DNA of 64,000 bases from Candidatus Methanomethylophilaceae archaeon (GCA_944320495.1 CALUHR010000013.1:290687-354686); one strand, 5' to 3'. Positions 25,945 to 39,272 are shown, numbered from the stretch's first letter. Numbers and translations are program-made. The notes: generated by a model from the sequence alone, not told the origin.

Positions 25945-27333
25945 TCGGAGGGCCTCGCCGCCGTGCCTCATGAGCTCGAACATGCCGATCCCCGTGACCT
26001 TCCTGAACTCCCTGGTGGCGAGCCACATCATTAGGCCCCCTCCGAAGACCTCCGCCACGAGCAGGCTGTAGAATATTGCGTCCATGGACACGGTGCACGA
26101 GACCATCAGGAACGCCACGATGACCAGATTCCTGATGAGCGACGACACCATGGAGAGCTGGGCGAGGCGCAGCGACTCCAGGATAGACGATCCGATGTCG
26201 ATGAGGCCCATGAACGGTATGAGCACGGCGTATATCCTCAGGACATGGGCGAACTGGGGGCGGAGCTCCGCCATGGACTCGGACTGCGTGAGCGGCACCA
26301 TGGCCCAGTCGGCGAACACGAACAGGACCGCCGCGATGCCCACCATGGCGACCATCGTTATCCTCAGAGAGTAGGCGCAGGCGTCGGCCGCCCTCCTGTG
26401 GTCGTCCTGACCCATCGCGGCCGAGACTATGGGGATGATCGACGACCCGGTGGCCTGGGAGACCACCTCGGCCAGGGACACGAACCTCCAGGGGATGTTG
26501 TAGAGGGCGGCCCCCACGGAACCTCCGCAGATGATGACGAAGATTCTCTGGACCATGGACATGAAGCTTATGAGAGTGGTCTCGACGGTCTTGGGCACCC
26601 CCACGAACATCACGTCCCTGATCATGGCGAGGTCGAACCTGAACCCCCTGAACGACATCCTCAGGTACACCGATCCGCGGGCGAACCACCACAGTCCCAC
26701 GAGCATCGACGCGACGGTGGATATCGAAGTGGCCCAGCCGGCCCCCGCGATGCCCATGTCCAGGACGAACATGAACAGCGGGTCCAGGACGACGTTCATC
26801 ACAGCGGCGACCAGGAGCATGACCGTGCTGCGCCTGGCCGCGCCCTCGGCCCTGAGTATGCCCGCTATCACGCCGTCCAGCACCAGGGGCAGGGTGCAGA
26901 CCACGATGGGCACGATGTAGTCGAGGCACAGGTCCCGGATGTCATCCGCCCCCATCATCGAGATGGACGGGCCCAGCAGGAGGTACATGACCGGCGTGAG
27001 CGCGACCGCCACGACCGCGCTGACGGCCATGGTCTGCGACACGAGGGCGTCGGCCCTCGCCTTGTCGCCCCTGCCGAGGCATCTGGCAATCGACGTCGAC
27101 GCCCCCACGCCTATGCCGGTCCCGATGCCAGACACTATCCAGTACACCGGGGATATGGTGGAGGCCGCGGAGCTCGGGTCCACCCCGAGGAGGGAGCACC
27201 ACGCGGTGTCCGCGAAGCTGTTGATCTGCACCACGAGGAACGACACTATGAGCGGACCGGACATGGCGAGGACGGCCCTCCGGGGGTCGCCGAGCATGAC
27301 CTTCAGGTCCCTCGTGACCTCTGCCTCGCTCAT
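25945..27333 (-). CDS. MATE-family efflux transporter
   Basis: About 12 TM segments, MNVVLDPLFM..MGIAGAGWAT; CGA at 25945-25947 (standard-code end 25933). Confidence 0.9.
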
Positions 27334-28663
27334 GCGACCTCTTCCCGTACTTCCCGATGCGCTCCAGCCACAGCCTCATGCCGCGCTCGTAGCCGTTGTC
27401 CGAGGGCTCGTAGAACCTCCTGTCCACGAGCTCGTCGGGCAGGTACTGCTGGTCGGTGTAGTGGTTGGGGAAGTCGTGGGGATAGAGGTACCCGACCCCG
27501 TGGCCCAGGTCCTTGGCGTTGCCGTAGTGCGCGTCCTTCAGATGGGCGGGGACGCCGCTGGTGGGCTCGGTCCTCACGGACTCCATCGCGGACGTTATGG
27601 CGTTGATCGCCGAGTTGCTCTTGGGGGCGCACGCCACGTACGCCGCCGCCTGGGAGAGTATGATCTGGGACTCCGGCATCCCGATGCGCTCCACGGCCTC
27701 GGATGCCGACACGGCGAGGACCAGCGCCTGCGGGTCGGCGTTGCCGACGTCCTCCGCGGCGCAGATCATGATCCTGCGGGCGATGAACCGGACGTCCTCG
27801 CCGGCGTACAGCATCCTCGCCAGATAGTACACCGCCGCGTCCGGGTCCGATCCGCGCATGCTCTTGATGAACGCGGATATCGTGTCGTAGTGGTTGTCCC
27901 CGTCGCGGTCGTAGTTGAGGATCCTGCGCTGGATGCACTCGGAGGCGACCTCCGCGGTTATGTGGACCCTGCCGTCCTCCCCCGGGAGGGTGGTCAGGGC
28001 CCCCAGCTCCAGCGCGTTCAGCGCGGCGCGGGCGTCCCCGTTGGCCATGTCGGCAAGGAACGAGACGGCGTCGTCGTCCGCGTCGACGTTCAGCCTGCCC
28101 AGCCCCCTGTCGGGGTCGGACAGCGCCCTCCTAAGAAGCTTCTCGAGGTCCTTCTGGCACAGCGGTTTCAGCTCGAATATGCGGGAGCGGGAGACCAGCG
28201 CGCGGTTGACCTCGAAGTAGGGGTTCTCCGTGGTGGCGCCGATGAGGGTCACGGTGCCGTCCTCCACGAACGGGAGCAGATAGTCCTGCTGCGCCTTGTT
28301 GAAGCGATGGATCTCGTCCACGAAGAGGATGGTCCTGCGCTCCTCCATGCCGAGGGCGTCCCTCGCCTTCTGCACGGCGTCCTCCATGTCCTTCTTGCCC
28401 GCGGTGGTGGCGTTAATCTGGACGAACCTGGAGTGGGTGGTGTTGGCGATGACCTGCGCGATCGTCGTCTTCCCGGTGCCCGGCGGGCCGTACAGGATGA
28501 GCGAGCCGATCCTGTCGGCGCGGATGGCCCTGGACAGAAGCCTGTCGGGGCCTATGATGTGCTCCTGTCCGACCACCTCGTCGAGCGTGCGCGGCCTCAT
28601 GCGGCTGGCGAGCGGGGCCTCCCGCTCCAGGACGCCCCTGCGGTTGTATTCGAACAGGTCCAT
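27326..28663 (-). CDS. rarA: Replication-associated recombination protein A (445 aa)
   Basis: PLASRMRP, GPPGTGKTT, VDEIHRFNK, SAFIKSMRGSDPDAA; CGA at 27326-27328 (standard code runs to 26942). Confidence 0.93.
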
Positions 28664-28705
28664 GTACGGTCATCGCCGATGGGTCGATATATCTGTGATG
28701 GGCGG

Positions 28706-29704
28706 TCGCTCCCAGCCGTCGCAGGGGGACCTTCTGCCCTCCAGCTCCCCGCCCGCCCTCAGGACGACCTGGCGCACCTCGTCGAGGGTCCCGCAGCGCA
28801 TCGTGACCGCCCTGCGGTACTCGCGGCTGTATCTGAACCCGGACAGGAACTTCGCCGCCACGCCGCGCATCTTCGCGAGGGCGACCTCCTCCCCGAACTC
28901 GGCCTCAGTCATGTCGATGAGGCGGACGCACCATTCGGCCTGCTGCGCGGGAGTCGGGTCCGGCGGAACCTCCCCTCCGGCGAGGGCCTCGGCGACCTGG
29001 GTCACGAGGAAGGGATTCCCCACGCCTCCGCGGGAGACCATGACTGCTCCTGCTCCCGTGATGCGCATCGCCTCCACGGCGTCCTCCGCCGTGCGGATGT
29101 CCCCGGAGACGATCAGCGGCACCGGGAGCTCCTCCCCGTAGCCCGCCATGTCCCCGTGCCTGGCGCATCCCGCGTAGCGCTGGTCCGCGGTGCGCGTGTG
29201 CACGGTGACGGCGTCCGCCCCCGCCCTCACGCACTCATCGACCACCCTGCGGAAGTTCACGGTGTGCGCGTCCAGGCCGAGGCGGGTCTTGGCGGTCACC
29301 GGCACGCCGACTGAGTCGACCACCCTGCGCACGATCCTCCCGCACAGCTCCGGATCGGACATCAGCGACGATCCCGCGCCGGTCCTCATGACCTTGCCAG
29401 CGGGGCACCCCATGTTCACGTCCACGAACGCGAGGTCCGGCTCCAGTTCGAGCGCGACCGCCGCTCCCTCGGCGACGGTGTCCGGGTCGGAGCCGAACAC
29501 CTGCACGCCGGTGACCTGCCCCGGTACTGCCCTCACGTAGCCGGTCGACTCCTCGGGATTGTGGACCAGCCCGGGGGCGGAGACCATCTCCGTCACCGCC
29601 ACGCGGGCTCCGAACCCGAGCATGAACTCCCTGTAGCTCCTGGAGGTGTATCCGGACATGGGGCCGAGAACGATCCCCCTTCCCGCATCGAGCCAATCCG
29701 ACAT
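28706..29704 (-). CDS. dus: tRNA-dihydrouridine synthase family protein
   Basis: GPMSG, DVNMGCP, GAGSSL, TVHTRT, SGDI, VMVSRG; CGA at 28706-28708 (standard-code end 28670); start uncertain. Confidence 0.88.
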
Positions 29705-29783
29705 CGGAAGGCCGATGCGGGGCCCGTCTAAATCGTTTCCCGCGGGCGACATCCATATATGGTCCGACACCTAACCTCGGCTC

Positions 29784-30470
29784 ATGGCCGATCTGCACGA
29801 CCGCTGGGTCGCCGAGAGGAGGAACGAGCACTACTACAAGCTCGCCAAGAAGCTGAACTACCGCTCCAGGGCATCCTTCAAGCTCATCCAGATCGACAAC
29901 AGGTTCGGCATCTTCCACGAGGGGGACCGCGTAGTGGACCTGGGGGCATGCCCTGGCGGATGGCTCCAGGTCGCGCAGGAGCGCACCTGGCCCAACGGCA
30001 AGGTCATCGGCGTGGACCTGAGGTACATCAAGCCGATCGAGGGCGTCGAGACGATCCTGGGCGACATCACCGAGGACTCGACCATGATCGAGCTGATGGA
30101 CAGGTTCGGGGGGAAGGCGGACGTCGTCCTCTCTGACATGGCACCGAACATCGCCGGCCACTACTCCATGGATCACGCCCGCTCGATCAACCTCTGCATG
30201 TACGCGGTGGACGTCTGCGACCGCATCCTGAAGAAGGAGGGGAAGCTGGTCATGAAGGTCTTCATGGGGGACATGTTCGACACCCTCATGACCGAGCTGA
30301 GGGGCCGCTTCCAGTCGGTGAAGGTCCATTCCCCCGATGCCTCCAGGGACACCTCGTCCGAGGTGTACGTCATCTGCCAGGGGTTCTACGCCAAGTCCGG
30401 GAAGACCCTGAAGAAGCCCGAGGTCGAGGAGAAGAAGCCGGAGTTCACCGCCAAGGGCGGCTTCATCTGA
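29784..30470 (+). CDS. rlmE: 23S rRNA 2'-O-methyltransferase RlmE/FtsJ
   Basis: YRSRASFKL, DLGACPGGW, SDMAPN, K-D-K-E tetrad (SSEVY). Confidence 0.95.
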   Translation: MADLHDRWVAERRNEHYYKLAKKLNYRSRASFKLIQIDNRFGIFHEGDRVVDLGACPGGWLQVAQERTWPNGKVIGVDLRYIKPIEGVETILGDITEDSTMIELMDRFGGKADVVLSDMAPNIAGHYSMDHARSINLCMYAVDVCDRILKKEGKLVMKVFMGDMFDTLMTELRGRFQSVKVHSPDASRDTSSEVYVICQGFYAKSGKTLKKPEVEEKKPEFTAKGGFI

Positions 30471-30617
30471 CCCTCGGGTCCCGCACGTCACGGCCGATGC
30501 CGGCATGGATGCCCATATGGGGACGGGTCCCGCATCTAGCGGAGACCGAAAGGGGGTACCGGGCCGCTCGGAGACGGCCGAGCCCCGAAGAACAAGAAGG
30601 TTCTGGCAGGGGAGGAC

Positions 30618-31151
30618 TCACATCCAGCCCCTGTCGTATCTGGGGAAGCAGTCCAGGCAGTACGGCCTCCCCTTCTGCAGGCGGACCATGTCCTCGCGGA
30701 CCGATTCGCCGCACTTGCAGCAGACGACGTTGTCGAACAGCCTCGCCTTCTCCGGCACCTCGAACCCCGGCTCCTTGATCTCGAACAGCTCGCCGTAGGG
30801 CTTGGCGAGGATCTCCGCTATGACCTCCTCCTTGGGGCGGTCCCTGTCGAACGGCCTGAGCACGAGCCTGACGCCCTTCCCCGTCCTCCTGTCGAAGAAC
30901 GAGAACGCGGTCTTGCCCCTGGGGCGTAAGATCAGGTTGCCCTTTCCCACGGTGCACGCCAGCATCCACTGGATGCAGTCGAGGCCGCACATGTCGGACT
31001 CGGCGACGCAGACGAGCTCCTCGTCCTCGGCCCTCTCCAGGTCGAACCCGAGCAGCTCCGCCGCGGTCTCGGCGGCTCTGAACCCTATCGCGAGCCCGCC
31101 GCAGGCGTGCCCGTGGAACTCCTGGCATTCCTTCCAAAGTCTGTCGTTCAT
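30618..31151 (-). CDS. FmdE-family protein with C-terminal Zn finger
   Basis: FHGHACGGLAIGFR, CGLDCIQ, CCKCGE...CLDC. Confidence 0.88.
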   Translation of the reverse strand: MNDRLWKECQEFHGHACGGLAIGFRAAETAAELLGFDLERAEDEELVCVAESDMCGLDCIQWMLACTVGKGNLILRPRGKTAFSFFDRRTGKGVRLVLRPFDRDRPKEEVIAEILAKPYGELFEIKEPGFEVPEKARLFDNVVCCKCGESVREDMVRLQKGRPYCLDCFPRYDRGWM

Positions 31152-31166
31152 TTTCTCACCAGATTG

Positions 31167-31982
31167 TCAGTGGATGTGGTCGTTTACGTCGTGGGGGTGG
31201 TGGTGGCTGGCGAGGTGCAAGTACTTCGCCGAGTGGCTGGGCACGACGAACGGCACGCCGCGATGGTCGATGATCTCCGCGTCCATGCCGTAGACCTCGT
31301 GGATGAGGTCCTCGGTGATGACCTCCAGCCCGCCGTAGGCCGCGACGCGCCCGTCCTTCATGAAGAGGAACCTGTCCGAGTAGTGGACGGCCAGGTTGAT
31401 GTCGTGCATGGTCATGACCGTGGTCATGCCGCGTTGCCTAACGGCATCGAGGATCATGTGCATGGTCCTGTGCTGGTTCGAGATGTCGAGGTTGTTCGTG
31501 GGCTCGTCCAGCACGAGGACGGACGGCTCCTGGACGAGGGCGCGTGCGATCTGCGCCTTCTGGAACTCCCCTCCGCTGATCCTGTCGCAGCCCTTCAGCG
31601 CGATGTGCTCCATGCCGAGGGCCCCGATGACCTCCTCGACCTTCTCCAGGTCCTCCGAGGTGGCGGACCAGTCGATGTACGGCCTCCTCCCGATGAGGAC
31701 GGCGTCGAAGACGCTGGTGCGGGGGACCGGGACGGACTGGGGGACGAAGCCTATGGTCTTGGCGAGCTCCCTGCCCTTAAGCTCGGATATCTCCTTGCCG
31801 TCCACCGTTATCGTTCCCGACGTCTGCCTGTGCAGCCCGCACATGCATCTCAGGAGGGTGGTCTTCCCGGTCCCGTTCGGACCGAGGATGGACAGGACGG
31901 AGTTGTCCTCGACGTCGAAGTCGATCCCCCTCAAGATCTCCTGGCTGCCGTACGAGAAGCTGAGGTCCCTGATCTCCATCAT
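31167..31982 (-). CDS. ABC transporter ATP-binding subunit (FepC/BtuD-like) with a His-rich tail
   Basis: GPNGTGKTT, ISGGEFQ, LDEPT. Confidence 0.92.
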   Translation of the reverse strand: MMEIRDLSFSYGSQEILRGIDFDVEDNSVLSILGPNGTGKTTLLRCMCGLHRQTSGTITVDGKEISELKGRELAKTIGFVPQSVPVPRTSVFDAVLIGRRPYIDWSATSEDLEKVEEVIGALGMEHIALKGCDRISGGEFQKAQIARALVQEPSVLVLDEPTNNLDISNQHRTMHMILDAVRQRGMTTVMTMHDINLAVHYSDRFLFMKDGRVAAYGGLEVITEDLIHEVYGMDAEIIDHRGVPFVVPSHSAKYLHLASHHHPHDVNDHIH

Positions 31983-33070
31983 GCCGGTGACCTCCTGATC
32001 CTCCCGTGGAGGAGGATGGCGATGAACAGCGGCCCTCCGATGGCGGAGGTTATGATCCCCACCGGTATGACTGTGTAGAACGCGTACTGCCCTACGAGGT
32101 ACGAGACGAGCAGGACCAGGGCGCCCATGATCATCGATCCGACAATCACGTACCTGTTGTCCTCGCCGATGAGGCGCTTGACGATGTGGGGCCCCATGAG
32201 GCCGATGAACCCGATGACGCCGGTGAAGGACACGACGATGGCCGTGAGCACGGCGGACAGGACGAGGGTCAGGACGCGGGTCCTGCGGACGTTGACCCCC
32301 AGGCCCCTGGCGACGTCCTCGCCCGCCTCCATGGCGTTCAGGTCCCAGCGCTTGTATATCAGGTAGGCGGCGACGAGCACGAGCGCGATGCCCATGAGCC
32401 AGAGCTGGTCCCATGTGACCTTGCCGAGGCTCCCGAACTGCCAGTAGACTATGGACGACAGCGCGGTATCGCTGGCTATGTACTGGAAGAATGACAGCCC
32501 CGCGGAGAAGATGGCGCTGATTGCCATCCCGGCGAGGACTATCATCTCCGGGGTGCAGTCGGTGACCTTGACCATGAGGAGCATGATCCCGGTGGCGATC
32601 ATCGCGAACACGAACGCCAGCACGGTGGTGAGGGCGGTGCCCGAAACGCCGAGGCTGGAGGACGTCACGCCGGCGATCGTCCCCGCATCGATCATGATTA
32701 TCCCTATGGACGCGCCGAACGCGGCGGCGTTGGACAGACCGAGGGTGAAGGGGGACGCCAGCTGGTTGCGGAGGATGCACTGCATCACCGCTCCCGCCAG
32801 TCCGAGGGCGGCCCCGGCGCAGACTGCCGCGAGGATGAGCCTCAGGCCGAGGTCCCATACGATGGCGCTGTCCCAGCTGCCGTCCGGGTGGAATATGTAG
32901 TGTATGATCTCCGAGAGGGACAGGTCGTTGCCGATCCCCAGGGAGAGCAGGGCGACGACCGCCAGGAGGACGGCGCATGCGGCGAGGAAGCCCACCTTCC
33001 TGCGGGAGTAGGCGATGTACCCCTCCCTCGTCCCCCTGTCCTCGAGGCCGCGCCCCGCGTCGAGCATCAT
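31979..33070 (-). CDS. FecCD/BtuC-family ABC permease
   Basis: RNQLASPFTLG, GEDVARGLGVN, GVIGFIGLMGPH. Confidence 0.92.
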   Translation of the reverse strand: MMLDAGRGLEDRGTREGYIAYSRRKVGFLAACAVLLAVVALLSLGIGNDLSLSEIIHYIFHPDGSWDSAIVWDLGLRLILAAVCAGAALGLAGAVMQCILRNQLASPFTLGLSNAAAFGASIGIIMIDAGTIAGVTSSSLGVSGTALTTVLAFVFAMIATGIMLLMVKVTDCTPEMIVLAGMAISAIFSAGLSFFQYIASDTALSSIVYWQFGSLGKVTWDQLWLMGIALVLVAAYLIYKRWDLNAMEAGEDVARGLGVNVRRTRVLTLVLSAVLTAIVVSFTGVIGFIGLMGPHIVKRLIGEDNRYVIVGSMIMGALVLLVSYLVGQYAFYTVIPVGIITSAIGGPLFIAILLHGRIRRSPA

Positions 33071-34296
33071 GCGGTGCCCTCTGCGACGAAGCGGTAGGTG
33101 CCGTTCGAATAGACGACCTCGACGGAGTCGAAGGGCTGGAAGTCCTGTCCGAACTGGGCGATGCGGTCGTCGTACGCGGAGACCATGGCGTCCAGGACGC
33201 CCTCGCCCGCGTCTCCGTAGAAGACCGTGTACACGGACTCCATCCTCTCGTACAGGTCCTCCCACGCGATGCCGCCGTACACGCAGTACGCGATGTAGTA
33301 CGAGCAGACGAGGACGCTGTCGAAGTTGGTGCCGAACCCCATCACGGGGAATCCGCAGCGGACCTCGATGTCGTTGCCCGGGTCGGAGTCGTTGTTGACC
33401 GTGTGGATGTACGCCATCACGGCCTGGCTGGTGGGGTCCGAGTACTTCTCCGCGGTCGACGGGTCCAGGAACACGATGTCGATGTCCAAGCTCCCGATCT
33501 GGGCGGCGGGGATCTCGATCTTGCCGGTCTCGTTCCCCTTGTACGAGTTGTTGATGCCCGTGATCTCGAACGGCATGTAGTGTGCCAGCGTGGTGTTCAG
33601 CGTGTTGGTTCCGTTGTAGTTGGACCCGGCGAGGAACGCCTGCAGGTCGGATTCGCCGACGAGGCTGCGGATGTCCTTGACGATGGAGTCGATCCCGTCG
33701 ACGAGCTCGTCGGCCCTGTCCTCCTGTCCGAGGAGCGTGCCGAGCGTGGTGATGGCCTCGGTCATCTCGTCCGAGATCCCGTCGAGGGACTCGTCCCAGA
33801 TGTCCAGGTCCACATTTATGACGTAGGTGGGGTAGTACTGGGCCAGGAGCTCCACGTTGGCGGAGTAGGAGGCGTACACCTTGTCGGAGACGATGATGAG
33901 GCTGGGGTCGGACTCCCCGATGGACTGCACGGTCGAGCTCTCCAGGACGTTGCTGGCGTGGTACTTCATGTTCGTGAAGTCGTACGCGAACGCGTATCCG
34001 CGGCCGTTCAGGGGGTTGTTCACCTCGTTCTGGTCGACCTCGATGATGAGATCGTAGGTGTCGAACATCGAGAGCATCCTGAGGGGGCTCTGCGACGAGC
34101 CGATGACAACGATGCCGTTGTCCAGCGAGTCGGGTATCTGCACGGTCCTTCCGGCGCTGTCTGTCACGGTCTCGGCCCCGGTACCTTCGTCGTCATCGGT
34201 CCCCGAACCGCCGTTCCATCCCGAGATGGCATACGCCGCCACCGCGACCACGATGATCGCGATAACGGCCACAGCCGCTGCCGTCTTCCAGTTCAT
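33067..34296 (-). CDS. ABC substrate-binding protein (FecB/BtuF-like)
   Basis: N-terminal membrane anchor, TVTDSAGRTVQIP; first gene of the transporter operon. Confidence 0.85.
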   Translation of the reverse strand: MNWKTAAAVAVIAIIVVAVAAYAISGWNGGSGTDDDEGTGAETVTDSAGRTVQIPDSLDNGIVVIGSSQSPLRMLSMFDTYDLIIEVDQNEVNNPLNGRGYAFAYDFTNMKYHASNVLESSTVQSIGESDPSLIIVSDKVYASYSANVELLAQYYPTYVINVDLDIWDESLDGISDEMTEAITTLGTLLGQEDRADELVDGIDSIVKDIRSLVGESDLQAFLAGSNYNGTNTLNTTLAHYMPFEITGINNSYKGNETGKIEIPAAQIGSLDIDIVFLDPSTAEKYSDPTSQAVMAYIHTVNNDSDPGNDIEVRCGFPVMGFGTNFDSVLVCSYYIAYCVYGGIAWEDLYERMESVYTVFYGDAGEGVLDAMVSAYDDRIAQFGQDFQPFDSVEVVYSNGTYRFVAEGTA

Positions 34297-34324
34297 GGGG
34301 GTGGAACAGCGGGTCGATATAAGA

Positions 34325-34351
34325 GTGTTACGAATTTTGAATTAGTATTAC
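34325..34351. promoter_or_regulatory. Candidate metalloregulator (NikR-type) operator
   Basis: GTGTTAC-N13-GTATTAC immediately upstream of the minus-strand TATA (34316-34322). Confidence 0.4.
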
Positions 34352-34436
34352 TTTGATGGCGCACCTCACGGATTCGTATGCGTTGGTATCCGTTCCGTCC
34401 GCAATCCGTTTCATCCATGTCATGGGTTCGGAGGTT

Positions 34437-35066
34437 ATGTCCCCTTCGAAGATCGTCTGCATAGGCTGGAACTACCGCTCCCATGTGAGGGAGCTGGAAT
34501 CGGAGCTTCCGAAGGAACCGACCGTGTTCCTGAAGCCGCCCAGCTGTCTCATAGGAGATGGGGAGGGGATCGTCATACCCGCGGGCGTCACGAACGTGCA
34601 GCACGAGGTGGAGCTGGCCCTGATCTTCGGGAGGAGATGCAAGAACGTCTCCGAAGAGGATGCACTCCTGTGCATCTCCGAGGTGGCGGTGTTCAACGAT
34701 GTGTCGGCTAGGGACATGCAGACCGCCGCCCGGAAGGCGGGTAACACATGGGACCTGAGCAAGGGCATGGACACCTTCGGCCCCATGTCGGACCCAGTGC
34801 CCGTGGGGTCCGTCGGTGACCTGCAGGACCTGGAACTGACCCTAACCGTCAACGGGGAGGTCAGGCAGCGCGGGAACACCTGCGACATGATATTCACGGT
34901 CCCGGAGCTCATCTCATACGTGACAAGTTTCATGACGATGGAGCCCGGCGATATCCTCATCACCGGGACCCCGGAGGGGGTGTCGGAGATCAGGCCCGGC
35001 GACGTCGTGCGCGCCGAGATCGAGGGTGTGGGCGTCGTCACCAACCCCGTGGTTTCGGGCGCCCGA
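34437..35066 (+). CDS. Fumarylacetoacetate hydrolase family protein (209 aa)
   Basis: KIVCIGWNY, HEVELA, NDVSARD, GDILITGTP; CGA at 35064-35066 (standard code fuses it to purS). Confidence 0.9.
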
Positions 35067-35129
35067 CCCTGTCGACGGCATGCCGTCCAGGCGCACCCTT
35101 ATTATGCGCGCGCGTCATGGAAGGTCATC

Positions 35130-35369
35130 ATGACAGTCGTCGAGATCAGAATCGAGCTCAAAAAAGGGGTCGCCGACCCGGAAGGCAAGAACACCAGGAA
35201 GACGCTGGAGTCACTGGGTTTCGAGGGCATAACCGACGTCAGGACCGTCAAGCTGTTCGAGGTCGAGTCGGAGCTCCCCGCGGACGAGGCCAAGGCCCAG
35301 GCCGAGGAGATGTGCAGGAAGCTGCTCGCGAACCCCGTCATCCAGAACTTCAGGGTATCGGTGAGATGA
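35130..35369 (+). CDS. purS: FGAM synthase subunit PurS
   Basis: LKKGVADPEG, MCRKLLANPVIQ. Confidence 0.93.
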   Translation: MTVVEIRIELKKGVADPEGKNTRKTLESLGFEGITDVRTVKLFEVESELPADEAKAQAEEMCRKLLANPVIQNFRVSVR

Positions 35370-35370
35370 G

Positions 35371-37694
<2,324 letters not shown>

Positions 37695-37698
<4 letters not shown>

Positions 37699-38513
37699 GG
37701 CCCGAGGATGTCAGGGTGTGCGTCATGCGCATCGAGGGAACCAACTGCGAGGACGAGATGGCCAGGGCGTTCAACGCCGTCGGCGCGGACGCCGAGAAGG
37801 TCCATCTCAAGCAGCTCATCGGCCAGGCGCCCTCCGGGCTCCGCAGGAGCCTCGAGGACTACGACGTGCTGGCCTTCCCCGGCGGATTCTCCGCGGGGGA
37901 CTACGTCCGTGCGGGTGCCCTGTTCGCCGCGAGGATCAAGGCCTCCCTCGGACCGCAGATCAAGGCCTTCGTCGAGGCCGAGAAGCCCGTGATCGGGATC
38001 TGCAACGGATTCCAGATCCTCGTCGAGCTGGGGCTGCTCCCCGCCTTCGAGGGCACGATGACAGACTGCCCCACCGCCGCGCTGTACACCAACGACTCGG
38101 GAAGGTTCGAGTGCAGGCCGACGGTCCTGAGGAACGACAACAACGGCAAGTGCCTCTTCACCTCCGAGATCCCGAAGAGGAAGACGCTCACGATTCCGTC
38201 CGCTCACGCGGAGGGGAAGCTCATGAGCAGCGACCCCGACTTCGTCCAGAGGCTGGAGGACAACGACCAGGTCGTCTTCAGGTACGTCCGCCCCGACGGG
38301 TCCGACGCCGACTATCCGTGGAACCCCAACGGGTCCCCTTCGGACATCGCCGGCATCTGCAACCCGGCAGGCAACGTCCTGGGCATGATGCCCCATCCGG
38401 AGCGTGTGATCGACAGGTTCACGCACGCCGATTGGACCAGGGGCTACGTGACCGAGGAAGGTGACGGGAAGTGCATCTTCCAGTCGGTCATGAAGCATCT
38501 CGAGAGGATGTGA
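37695..38513 (+). CDS. purQ: FGAM synthase subunit PurQ
   Basis: EGTNCE, GGFSAGD, GICNGFQ, MPHPER. Confidence 0.96.
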
Positions 38514-38517
38514 GAAC

Positions 38518-38572
38518 GGGCGGGGCACCACCCCGCCCACAACGCCCCATGCGGATCCCGGAGCGGGTCCGC
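38518..38572. terminator. Two GC hairpins between convergent purQ and ribK
   Basis: GGGCGGGG/CCCCGCCC (38518-38538) and GCGGATCC/GGGTCCGC (38551-38572). Confidence 0.5.
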
Positions 38573-38615
38573 GGGGTCTTCTATGATGTTCGGACTTCAG
38601 AACGGTCCTTCGCGA

Positions 38616-39272
38616 TCGGACGTTGACCTTCACGTCCACCCTGTCGCCGTCCTCGAGGCTGAGGGTCCTGCGGAGGTGGTACTGGCAGATGATCTCGATG
38701 ATGTCCGCGTAGTGGGACCTCTCGGGGACCACGATGGCGCAGTCGATGTTGCGTATCCTCGCCTTGTAGGCGACGACGTTGCCGAAGCTGCGGCCGTTGT
38801 CCGTGAATCCGTTAATCGGCACCCCGGCCACGCTCTTGATGACGTCGAGCTTCCCGACGTCGTCCGGGTCCACATGGATGTTCAGGGTGCCCTCGAAGGG
38901 CTCGAACCCGAGTTTGGACTTGAACTGATCCAGATAGCCGGGCTGGCAGATGTAGTAGCCGCCCTCGCCCATCCCCGACTGCACCGCGCCGTGGATGGTG
39001 ATGTGGTCCGTGAGCTCGAAGATCCTGCGGTACTCGTTGTACTCCTTGCGCAGGTCGTCTATCCCCTTCTGGGTCAGCTTGATGCGCTGCCTGCGGGCGC
39101 CCAGGTCCCTGACGATGTACTTCTCCTCCAGGAGCTCCAGAATCCTCTTGGAGGCAGATTGCTGGCTCATCTCGAGCGCTTCGCCGAGCTCCCTCGAGGA
39201 GATGGCGATGTAATCGTCCATGGCTCCAAGCAGGGCGAGCTTCCTGAGTGCGAAGGAGTACTTCTCGTCCAT
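38616..39272 (-). CDS. ribK: CTP-dependent riboflavin kinase with N-terminal wHTH (218 aa)
   Basis: SQQSASKR HTH, SGMGEGGYY, PFEGTLN, PERSHY, LEDGDRV; CGA at 38616-38618 (standard code runs to 37488). Confidence 0.92.

Noticed and set aside
26942-28663. 573-aa RarA
   Set aside because: The extension is an alternative frame of the MATE gene after CGA 27326.
34353-35369. Apparent 338-aa FAH-PurS fusion
   Set aside because: The linker starts at a CGA and contains a TATA-like element; two ordinary genes are more parsimonious.
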